A DNA stretch of 63,780 nucleotides, the filler included, from Bigelowiella natans CCMP2755 (lineage: Eukaryota; Protista; Cercozoa), in NCBI GenBank assembly GCA_000320545.1. It is 4 parts of 4 records of this genome, joined end to end, with 100 filler letters (N's around TTAATTAATTAA, not from the genome) between each part and the next. Parts side by side here need not be neighbours in the genome. Positions count along the whole stretch, not along the records: positions 1 to 23,909 come from ADNK01000678.1; 3 more parts are not named here. One strand, written 5' to 3'. Both the position numbers and the translations under genes were made by a program. Under the pieces are notes generated by a model, which was not told the DNA's origin, did no database searches, and worked only from the letters and a program-made list of their open reading frames with translations. Shown here one piece after another: positions 1-11,900 of this stretch (position 1 is its first letter; each line of letters begins with the position of its first letter).

Positions 1-419
1 CCCGCCCCCTCAATATCTTCCCCCGCGGACTTTTCCAAGAGACGTAATTTTTTAAAAAACCCCCCCCCTTGCCCCGAAATCTCCCCCCACCCCCCTTTCC
101 CGTTTTCCCACCCCCCCCCCCCCCCCCCCCCCCTTTTTACGGTTTCTTTTTTTTTTGGGGTAAGAGAGCCGAACTTATGTCCCGTCCGAACACGGGCGAG
201 AGGTATATGTCGTCCTGCTTCGCGTACCGCATCCCAGTGAACAGAGCGCACTTCGTTGCCTGGGAAGGGCGGGGGGGGGGGGGTTAACCGATCGACGACG
301 AGTGACGAGGATGAGGCGAGATTTCGGCAAATGGGCGGGTACATTGGAAAACGATACGTCTCTTGGAAAAGCACGCGGGGAAGCATCTTAAGGGAGGGGC
401 AAACGGGCGGGAAGGTACC

Positions 420-2675
420 TCGGTACAGTTGATTTCCTCCTTCACAGACTCCTGAAACTCACGAAACTCCTGGAAAAACGCCTGTGGATAGCACAGCACG
501 AAGATGAAAATAACGACGACGACAACGACAACGACAAGATAGCAACCAATCAAATCCCCCCCCCCCCCAAACAACACTGCTCGCTTTTTAAAAGATGACC
601 ATAGATTTCTCCACAGGGACGAAATACTCCATTTCTAAGGATTTACAGCAGCATGAAAGGAGGTTTCAGATACCGTTACACTCAGACGCGCGCGCGCGTG
701 TGTGTGTCAAGGGGGGAGGGATGTCGCGGCGCTCGTACCAGTGTACAGCGTGGCATCGTCGGCCTCATGGCAGAGCGCCTTGAAGCTCCAATCCACGCAT
801 GAGGAATTTCCTTGCGTGTGTGCACACATCGAGCCGTTAAAGAGGAAACGTCTTAGCACACACACGCTCACATGCAATACTCAAACACACACACACACAC
901 ACATAAATATTATATCTGAGTCTATCTCCGCCCCCCCCTTGGCCAGCAAGTCGTTGCATATACACGAATCATGCAGCGCGGCAGGAGAAAGCACGAAAGC
1001 GTAATAATCATCGATCGTTTTGTTTTGATGTTACCTCCCTGCGCGGAGGCAGCTAGTTCTGCCAGGTCCCCGGGCCAGCACCCGGTGATTTCAGTGCCGA
1101 TATCAACCGCCTCTCGCAGCAGCAGCGTCGCGTTGTTTGTGTATGGCGTGTAGTACCTGAAGTGTGAGTTGCGACGGGTTTCAGTGGGACGATGATCTTC
1201 GCAAGGGTTTTGATGTTGCGCGGATTGTTACGATACCATTGCAGCCTCGGATAACGCTCGCTAAGAGAGGGGAGGGCAGGAAGAAGCTCGTCGAGGTTGT
1301 ACGCCTAATTTAACATCCCCCCCCCCCACACACCAAAATATGTATTGTACCATATTAGGCACAATAATTGGCACGGTATATGCTACTCCAGACTTTCCCC
1401 TCATCTCTCTCCCCCCCCAGCGAAGCGTGGCATTGTCGTTAAAAGAGTCCATAAATTAAACGCGAGCACGCGAATGAACAAACACGCAAAGATACATACA
1501 ACGGTAGTCCTCCTTAGCTTGAACTTCTTCCGGACCTTCAGCCCGACTTCAACGACGATACCCAACGCTCCGAGCCCCACGCGCGCGGCATCGAAGATGC
1601 GGCGGTTTTCGGACCGAGATGCAGTCACAACCGTTGCGTTCGGAAGCACCAGAGTCAGCGAGGTCAGCTAGTTATCCAAAAGACAAATTTCAGAAATGGG
1701 GGGACAGGGGCGGGGGGGGAAGGAGGGGTAGGGAAGTAAGGCGTTTGTAATAATGTGCCTGATATTGACCCACATGGCGTCCTAATTAGCGAGGCCTTCC
1801 ATACCTGCGTTGCCATATTTCCGAGCTCCCTGCCGGTGCCGTGTGTGCCCGTCTGAGTAGCTCCGGCGACACTGAGACACAGAAGAGAATCAACGAGGTG
1901 GATGGAGGTGGATGGCGTGGTTGAACGAAGCTTTTAAAATGATGGTTTGAGTGCCAGGCGTCTATACACCTTTGCTGGGCGATGGCTCCCGTGTTTGCCA
2001 GCGCGAAGCCAAGGTCCAACAGCTAACCGAATAACCACAAAAATAAGCCCGTGTGAAGCACTATCAAGATAGAGAATATGCATCCAAAGAGATCCGAAAT
2101 CATCTTCTTCCCCCCGGTACCTGGTCATTGAGGTTGTGCACTCGAATCCCTGCGCCGACTCGGACAACGTAACCACCTTCCTCTTCGTCCCACGTGGGAG
2201 GCTGAGTGATATTGCAGATAGCGTCTAGGCTAAGCATGACCGATTTTGTGAACGTCGGGCGCGTAATGGTGCCCGCCGGTCCTCCCTGAAAACGTGCAGG
2301 CAACGCAGGAATCAGTCATCAGCATCGAGGCTTTGCTTGACACAAATGAGAGATGAGAGTCTCTTACCCGGTGACGCGAGCCCACGTTATCTGTGAGAGT
2401 GATCGAGGAGAAAGAGTGCCCGGAGCCGACGACCTTGACTTGCGTGGTTTTTTCACCATCGAGTGAGCGAAGAAGCGAGACGACCGCATCGATGCTGCAA
2501 AATGTTTGAAAGGCATGATGAGAGGGGGCCGATCCGTAAAACCGGGAAAAAATTGTCTCCACCTGTTTGGACGAAGGAACTGCGAGGGATGGCATACTTG
2601 CCGCTTGTCCCAATCCGACCAGACAGTGGAAGCAGCCGCAGAGGCGGCGAGGAGCAGGAGGGCGGACACGTGCAT
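420..2675 (-). CDS. Secreted FAD-linked oxidase, L-gulonolactone oxidase / D-arabinono-1,4-lactone oxidase (ALO) family; multi-exon, 3' end lost in low-quality sequence at window start
   Basis: Signal-peptide-like start MHVSALLLLAASAAA, then WSDWDKRQVCHP. FAD-binding motif VKVVGSGHSFS (covalent His position), VRVGAGIRVHNLNDQ, LALANTGAIAQQ and DAARVGLGALGIVVEV across spliced exons. Confidence 0.8.
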
Positions 2676-3982
2676 TTAGCAAGTCTGAATGACGGCCGTT
2701 TCCCTATGAAAAATGACATTTTTTACTTATCGCACAATGGCTTTTGCAATGGGTTTTGCCCATTTGTTTTATCAAGAACAACTTTCCACACTTTTGTCGG
2801 AGACACATCGTAGATTTCGGATTTCAAGAATTTCACATTTTCTGCCTCGAAGCCATCTCGAGTTCCGACTCATGTCGCGACGGGAGGCCAATTTTCGAGT
2901 GAGAGACAATTCCATCTCGATGTCGTTCTTGTGTTTTCGAAATTGGTGGCTGTGGGTGATGACTGTGCTAATTGAATAGCATTCCACACTTGCGACAGGA
3001 CTTTCTGACCTAAAATGTTAGATTTTTTGCCACCGACAACAATTTGAAGGCAACCAAATCAATGCAAACCGCTGGATTGCCAGATTGGCGAAAAGACCCT
3101 CTTCAACACACACTGAGCCCAACGGCCAAGACCTCGCAGCTCATTCTCACTGCTCCAATCCCATCTGTGGATGGCAACCGGTTGCTGGAGGCGCGTCCAG
3201 CTTGACAGCAGCGCTGAAATGCACGACACGAACGTGCACTTTCTGGCTTTCCTGTGAGCTTTCCAGCTTTGCTGGTGCGGTGCTGTGCAGTGCCAAGCCA
3301 AGTGTTTCACCTTGTTCTCATCACCGTCACCACCACCACAACCATCATCGTCATCATCATTGTGATCATTGTGATTGTCATCATCATCCTTGTTGCATCC
3401 TCTGCATCTCCTCGTTCTGGCATTCCCCCGCACCACCACCTCTAGACCTGGCTAGCCAGCTAGCTAGCCACCTTCATCACCATGCACCGTTGTCGTCACC
3501 ACCATTTAGCCATCATCATCATCATCATCGTCATCGTCATCAGTGCAACGTCTCAGTGAACAAACCAATCAATCAATCTAGCAATCGATCAATGCACGTC
3601 TGGTTGGCTAGCTAGCCAGCTAGCTAGGTGTCTCCCATGTGCCCACCTAGCCATGTGTGGTTGCACACGCCAGCTCATGCACGCTCGGCCCTTCTAGCTA
3701 GCTAGCCTGCCAGACTGACATGCATCGGAGAAAATTGTGATCACGATGCAGATCGAACTTTTAGTTGCGCTAGTGCTAGCGCTCGAGCTCATCTGGTCTA
3801 GTGTTGCGCCTGACCGCGCAGCTTCAACCTTGCTAGCTTGCAAGGCGAAGAATTACGTGTTTGAGACAAGTGAAGACGCAATGTGCCCATCTAGCCGTGG
3901 TGAACAACGGACTTCATCATGGGTCAAATTGGAAAATTCAGGTAACTAGGGAAGCATGCTCACATTCCGAAGACTAACTAGA

Positions 3983-6900
3983 CTAATCATCATTCCACAG
4001 CGCTTTCTCTTCAACCAATTTCTTGAGGACATTGACAAGAAAGAATGGGTCTTTAATCTCATCCACATCGGAATTCATCTCATGGATTTTCTGCACGAGA
4101 AGGATTGCAGTCCGGGGATTCATGTTGACTTCCGAGATCGCAGCTGAAATATGAGTGCATTATCGCAGAACGAGATCATCAATAATTGAACCAAACATGA
4201 AAAGATGCATATGTACCCCACAGTTTTGTAAAATGCTTAAGCTTGATATTTTCCCTGACTAAGGTCTCAAATTTTGAATCGTCAAAGTCATAAACTCGTT
4301 CCTTGAAAAAATTCTTAAACTTAATCTTGGGCAATGCTTCCAACTTCAGATCTTCTTTCTGTTGAAGAATTAATTCGATTACTAAACCAAATCGATGGCA
4401 ACTAACATACACGTGCACAAAAAACACCAAAACCGTACGTTGGAGTCGAAGCCCTCCACTGTAATCGGAGTCAAAGATGTTGTGAGAATGTGCAGTCTTG
4501 GGTTTAGATTCATGAGATTCTTGAAGAGTTTCTTGCTATCCTCAACTTCATCTACGTCATCGATTATCTGAGTGGAATAAAATAGTTGCATAAGAATGTC
4601 TCAAATTTAAGAACAACTAATTGACACCAAGAGTGTTGGAGGATAATCGTTTTTCGAGAAGAATTCTTTGATCGGTTCACAAGGATCAGACTTTTCCACT
4701 TTTTCCGTGCGATAAGATTCATCCCCAATGAGACGTTTCTTAAAATTTTGCATCACTTCGTCTCCACACTTTTTGTCCGTAATCTGATTTTTCAGCCATG
4801 CAGAAAAAGACTCTTCATCAGAAATTCAATTTATGCATGAGTACATGATGACTGTACCCAAAAGATGCCATCAGGTCCTTCCGTATCGTAGAGTCTTAGA
4901 CGCAAGGCAATGAATCTTGCTACTGAAGTCTTTCCTATCTTCTTAGGTCCTGTGATTTGCACCCAACGATGACGGATTGAGTTTTTATTGTCACGTTGTA
5001 GTGCCGAGTATAGATTCCCTTGAAGTTGTAGATAGTGATCAATTCCCCACTTAAGCTGCTCGCAGAAAGGAGCTGGATAGATTTTATATGGGGGAGCAGG
5101 AAGCCATGTCTTGATTTTTGCGGTGGAGGGGGAATAAGAATTAAATGAGAATGCGATGTCATGATTCCCGTCTTTAGGCAGCAAAAGAAACTTTTCGACC
5201 TCCTCAATAAGACGTTTTGCTTTTTTAGTCAACATTTTTGCTCGATTTTCATTTTCATGATATGTTTTGCAAATGTTGGGGTCTGCTTTGTATTCCTCAA
5301 GATTATCAGCCTTTTTTATTAAAACATCAACCTCTTTTTTTAAAACACTGGCCATATCTTTTAGTCTTTGCTTTGCAGATTTAAATGAGGCTGAAACCGT
5401 AGCCCCGCACAGTAATTTCTCGAAAAAAACCGTCTGAAATATCTGCACAGCTTTGTTGCCCAGTAATTTATTTTTATTGCAAACAATTATGTGATCGACT
5501 ACTTTTGAATCAACGAAGCCTTCAGCTACAGCTTCGCTCTCGCATGCAGCCAGCATTAATACTTTCAAAGAGCAGATCTTCGGAGTTTCTTTTGTCTCCA
5601 TAATCAGTTGGGAAAACTCATCAGGGCTCACGTAAACTGCCTTTCCTCCAGGATTGTCGGGTTCGAACTCGAGGCCATGCTTCTCGCTGCAATGACAACC
5701 CACCAGCAATGCGAAACATTTCGATCGCAGAGCTCTAGAGATATTATCTTTAGTAGCTCTCCATTTGGATATGTGAAGCTTGTTGTGTTTGACAACAGTG
5801 CCATCTCCATATTCCATGCCGTTGGCTTTATTCATATATTCTAACATTCTAATATCTTTCTCTAAATCCAACATTAAGTCCTGCTTGTCTATTGGCAAGG
5901 CAAATGCAAATGCCAAGTGTCCAGGTACCTCCTTACAAAAAAAAAAGAGAGTAACAGGTTGAAGTTAGCATATTCCTCTCGGGTATCTCTTTCTGCCATT
6001 CTCTCTCTCTCTTCGTGTGCATGTGTGTGTTTTTCAAATGGTCATAATAACTTAAGTCAAAATCATGTGCGCAGGTTTGTACCTCGAAGCTTGTAAGCGG
6101 CCGCATCCATGCATCTAATCTCGCACCAAAATCACTGGCATTTTTAGCTTCGCGGAGTTGGAGTCCCCGTTCCATCCACATCAGCTCAACGTACCTACAT
6201 ATAGAATATTAACCGAAAAGTCAATGTTCCAAGGTGAATTCCAGTCTCGCGTCTCGCTCCATTTGTAAAGTTGGGATAGTAATCAAGTGCGCGGATAGAA
6301 AATACAGGCTGGTGCGAGTCTATACGTACTCTTTGAAGGTAATATTCCCCCTCTTAGTAGCTGAAGAAGATACACTTTTCATGCGCTGCCCTATGCTATG
6401 GCGGCTTTCTGAAGGATACAATTGCTGCAGAGATAAATTATTGTGAGCTCATTATTAGCATTTTTAATCATTTCCATGTCGCCCCCCCCCCTTCTCTCCT
6501 TTCGATTCATATCATAACATTTGGAGTCTCACCTCGAAGTTTTTCCTTACAGTCTTGAGCTGGATGACCTCCTTTCTGTCTTCGCCCGATGAAGGTTCAC
6601 AGAGATCGAATGTGTGACTGAAATAACCAAAGCAAGAGGATGTCTAATTACGCAATAGTGCGGTAAATACATGCTCATCTTATCATCCCGATCACGATGA
6701 TAGTTTCCGCCTCGTAGCTGTGACAATCACCTCTCTATCTCAGGCCAGCATTTATTTAGATTTAGATGTCTCTTTGCACATAACACCCGAACACCCGCTA
6801 TCGTGCTACCGTAGTGTATGGTGCTCGCTGAAGAGCTCGTAGAACGGTTCCCAAGACCTGAAATCGCTCATTTCGATATTCTTGGAGGCCATTTCTGAGA

Positions 6901-7560
6901 ATATCTTCGTTTCTTTATTCTCGCAGGCCTCCCGCCACTTGTTATACTCGACGGTATACGCCATCGTGCTACATTGAAAGGCCATAACCACGTCACAGTA
7001 GAGAAAGATTTGCAACGATGCCAGCACTACTTCATGCTAATATGACTCTACTTCTTCTACTCCTTGCTAGTAACTATATACACACCGATCGAACAAAAGA
7101 ACACGAAAGTCGGCAGCTTCACTATTTTGGTACGGCCACGTCCGGATGCTATTGGCGATGTCGAGGATAAATTGTAATATCCTACGTAAATGCAGACGCA
7201 GTTATGTTCGTGTTCGTGTTCATTCCCAAAATCTGGGGCAATTCAATTGACATAAATACACCTCGCGCAGCCTTCAATTTCCGACAGAATTTCGATGTCT
7301 ATTGTCATCACACGACGGATACGTCCCCTCCTCCTTGCAGTATTGATACAGACGTTATATGTGTAACTGCGTGTTATGTGTGGCTGGCTGCGTGTGTTAT
7401 TACCCCCTTTTTGTTTGCAGCATGGCGGTACTAACCCGGAAACGCACGGGTTCTAGATAGAATTCAGCTTCGCCCCTGTCAAAAACCTGACGACAACACG
7501 TCCATGAGGATGGATTACGTACGAAGGAAACGATCATAAGCTTCGATATATTATTTCTAA

Positions 7561-7612
<52 letters not shown>

Positions 7613-8960
7613 GCAGGACAAAGTATAAAAAATGTAAAATAAAAAATGTAAAAAGTAAAAATGTTTTATAAAATTTTTTGACAAATGGTAAAAATATTTA
7701 TGTAATAAATGAGGGGTAGTTTGAGGGCTGGGATAACAAAAGAGAAAAATAGTTGAAGACAACGTAGATCAGTGGCACTGCCTCTCGCGCCCCCATCCCA
7801 GACCCCAACCAGAGATCCAGGTGAGGCTTGACGCACCTGTGTTCAATTGATAGGAGTTAGAAAAATTCAAATTGTGTTTTATACACATTTTTTTAGGTAA
7901 AAAAAGTGATTTGTTTGGTAAAAATGTGCAAAAGACTTTCTGTGATATGTTTGGCATGAACACGTAAAAGACTTTTTACATTTTTTACCTAAAAAAATAT
8001 GTAAAAAGACTTTTTACATTTTTTACCAAACAAATCATGAAAATAATATCACAATGTGACAAACTCCAAATGACGATCACCGAATTTGCATCCCTTTTTT
8101 TCCCATTCGCCATGACGCATGGGAAACAAGGACGCAAATTCGGTGAATTGTTTGTTAGTAAAAAATGTGCAAATGACTTTTTACATTTTTTACCAAACAA
8201 ATCATGAAAATAATATCACAATGTGACAAACTCCAAATGACGATCACCGAATTTGCATCCCTTTTTTTCCCATTCGCCATGACGCATGGGAAACAAGGAC
8301 GCAAATTCGGTGAATTGTTTGTTAGTAAAAAATGTGCAAATGACTTTTTACATTTTTTACCAAACAAATCATGAAAATAATATCACAATGTGACAAACTC
8401 CAAATGACGATCACCGAATTTGCATCCCTTTTTTCACATTCGCCATGACGCATGGGAAATATGGATGCAAATTCGGTGAATTACTTGTTGGTAAAAAACA
8501 CATAAAAGACTTTTTACATTTTTTACCAATTTATCTACATGCATCAAATCAAATTTGAATTTTTCTAACTCCTATCAATTGAACACAGGTCCGTCAAGCC
8601 TCACCTGGATCTCTGGTTGGGGTCCGGGATGGGGGCGCGAGAGGCAGTGCCACTGATCTACGCTGTCTTCAACTATTTTTCTCTTTTGTTATCCCAGCCC
8701 TCAAACTACCCCTCATTTATCACATAAATATTTTTACCATTTGTCAAAAAATTTTATAAAACATTTTTACTTTTTACATTTTTTATTTTACATTTTTTAT
8801 ACTTTGTGCACTCTCTCTCTCTATATATATATATTTAACCAAAGAAGAAATATAACATCATTTGCACCTGATCCTCTAACTTGAATGGTCTCGTAGCTCC
8901 TGACATTAAAAAATTATGCGTTGGATTGGAAACATAGCTTGGCGAATTTTATGACTCGAT

Positions 8961-8995
<35 letters not shown>

Positions 8996-11900
8996 AACGA
9001 TGATAATGACCAACATCGCATTACCGTTCTGAAGCCGCTTTGTACGCTCAGTATTAGATGAAAGCTCAGAGGCTATGCAATACAACACACGCACTCACAC
9101 ACGTACACAAAACAGTTGTTCGCAGCAGCGTTTTAATTTTGAACGGTTCTTCTTCGTGTAACATCCTTACGAATGCGATGTGAAATGACACCGTAATTAC
9201 CGATATTTCCAATGAGAACATCATTATAGGAATGCGGCCTGAGGCGTACAAAGTGCAACGAAAACTTCCCCATCACTTCGTGCTGTTTCTTCTCTCTAGA
9301 CACCGAATATGTCATCATCGAAGGCACCAAATACTTATCCGTGCCTTCGATCTTGCAGAGTATCATGAACCTGTTTAGAGCAGTAGGAAGTATGGAGATG
9401 ATAGCATGTAATACATGTAAATCGAATCAAGGTGAGAATTCTACTTCTATCATTACAATTGATAAATAGTACCAACTATATATGTGATTTAATTACAACA
9501 TCATCAATATCTTTAATCATTCATATTTTGGGCTTGGCAATGAATGTATGCACTACTTCTGCAGAATGTTGCGCCCATATTCATACAGCCTTTTCTTCTC
9601 GAAGTGGTCTGCTGCGACTTTACTCTCTTCATTATGGCCCTCAGTGAGCAGTGGCTTCGAACAACTCCACAGGTGTCTCAATACCACCTCATGGATAATG
9701 ACACCATCATTAACAAACCTACGTGAGAGAGTCAGAACCCACACATGTTGGGTACTCTGTAGCCATCATACTTCAGACATACTACAACACGTACACTTAA
9801 ACGCGATCTGGGCTTTAATTCCATCAATAGGTGCTAACAGTAGGATTACTCTACTTACTCATCGACTTTCTCTCCGTGCTTGGCAGCCCTGAATTTGTTG
9901 GAGAATATATTATTTATGATCTTGTTAACAACAAAATAGTCAAAATATAAACGTGAGTTTGTAGTAAGTGTATTACAGCTCTTGATCCTTGTACAATTTG
10001 CGATGCAAGCGACGATCAAATATCAGCTTCTTCACCAGGTCAATCAGATGTTGCGGTCGCATTACGATATGCTGTCGATGAATGTATTTCTCGAGGAAGC
10101 TTCACGTATGTTATGGAGAAGGTTAAAAAAGGGTCGATACTCACATCTCGCAGCCCCCCTTCGTCAAAATAGATCGCTAACCCCAGCTCATGATACCTAA
10201 TTAGTTTTGAAAATATTTCGAATATTATATTGACTGATATCTGACAATAATACTTGAATTTGGAATTTACTTTTGCAACATCAATCGTACTTCCCTTCCA
10301 TCCACGATCCCACGCCTGAGGCATATCTTCTTGACCGTTTTCAGGGTAAATACAGCCTGTTCAGTGGCGATCAAATCGTCGCATACTTTCGTCCATTCGG
10401 ATGGAACTTCCTGATTTACCTGGTATATCATTACCCAAAGGAGTCAGAGATGCGAAAACCTAAACGAAAACATCGGGGTACCTTTGGATCGTTCTTCAGT
10501 TTCTCTAGCACCTCATTGCGCAGCTCCTTAATCGTACTGTGTACCTTCCCATCTCTCGATCGAAACCTTATGATGATGACAATAAGTGTAGAGATGAGTA
10601 GAAGAATCCGACAAAGGGTTAAATCAGGATGCTTAAAATGGTTAAGTATCGACTAGATAGTATCAAGCACTCTCTACTTGCTGTCAGCAGGGAAGAAAAC
10701 CAAATCTGCTGGTTCTGCAGCCTCTTTCGGGCGCCATCGTTTACATCGGGACCAAGGAAAGGATTTGCACCCCTCAAATACCTGAAACACGAACGCACAC
10801 ACACAAGCACACAAACAAATAGGATTTCTTTCATTCACATGTCAACATGTGGTGGTCAATAATAATATATACCTCCCTCGCTATTCTCGTGATGTGTTCA
10901 TCAATATCTTCGAGTACATCTAACAGCGCCTTTTTCAGATCGTAAACACACGTTAGCAACATTACGAATGAGTGTAATACTTCGTTAATGTGTCTGGGGT
11001 GGTACGGCGATTGTTACCTCTGGGTCATCGTATTCTTTAAGTTTATCGATCTTCGTTCCTACCAGCACTATTGGCGCCCCGGGAGCAAACGTGCGGATGT
11101 TTTGAAGCCAGTATCTCAGGTATTCTTCTGTTTTCTCTTTTTGATTGGCTGCTATATTGCCTGATCGTTACACAGTGTGTGATTTCTTTATTTGCTGGTC
11201 CTTTACACAATTATCTCTAACACTATGACAATGCACAAATATAATACACCCAAATTCTATTGTACGTTTTGACTTTCTCGCTCTCCAATCAGCGCCATTC
11301 TACCATGTAATACCCTTTGCATCTGCCTCTCTTCCGAGGAACTCCTCCAGGGAGAATACCACCATGTAAAGGCAGTTACGGTTGAGAAAAATTACGTGCG
11401 ACGTATAAAACACCTCTTGTCCTGCAAAATCCCAGACCGATACCTACAAATTCATAGGAGGCAAATGTAAAACTACAACGCAACATTCGTGGCCAAACAC
11501 CGGCACACACACACATGCGTACACACATACCCGTATAGCCTCTGGATTATCGAGGGACTCCTGCAAACGCCCGGGTTTCAGTTCCTAATGTAGCTTCCAG
11601 GATTAGCAAAATCGCGCACAGTGTGTGATATCAATAGAATGCGTTGTTACTAAAGTCGCCTAATAACCTAAGGCATATTTGGTACCTTCAGCAGCATCTC
11701 CTCGTCTATTTTACTTCTTTTGTGGAGTTTCTTCGAATCTGTAGCATCTTCACTGGTATCATTTCCCTTTGACTCCACGAGAGCATCAGAAGAATGTTGG
11801 CCTGGCCTTTCCTTCTTGGAATCTGTGGTATCTTCCTTCACTGCTGCTGTATTCGCATTTATTGTCGTATTCTTCTCGTTCCCGGAAGGATTCACTTTTT

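Noticed and set aside
1-420. Pro-rich ORF and poly-C/G tracts
   Set aside because: Homopolymer-laden, low-quality contig end. Similar low-quality sequence occurs at ~60950-61170.
3059-3615. His-rich 176-aa ORF and overlapping ORFs
   Set aside because: They arise from (CAT/CAC)n low-complexity intergenic repeat and show no domain signal.
8005-8528. Regularly spaced palindromic repeats resembling a CRISPR array
   Set aside because: Whole 167-bp units are near-identical with no unique spacers, there are no cas genes, and the context is a eukaryotic intron.
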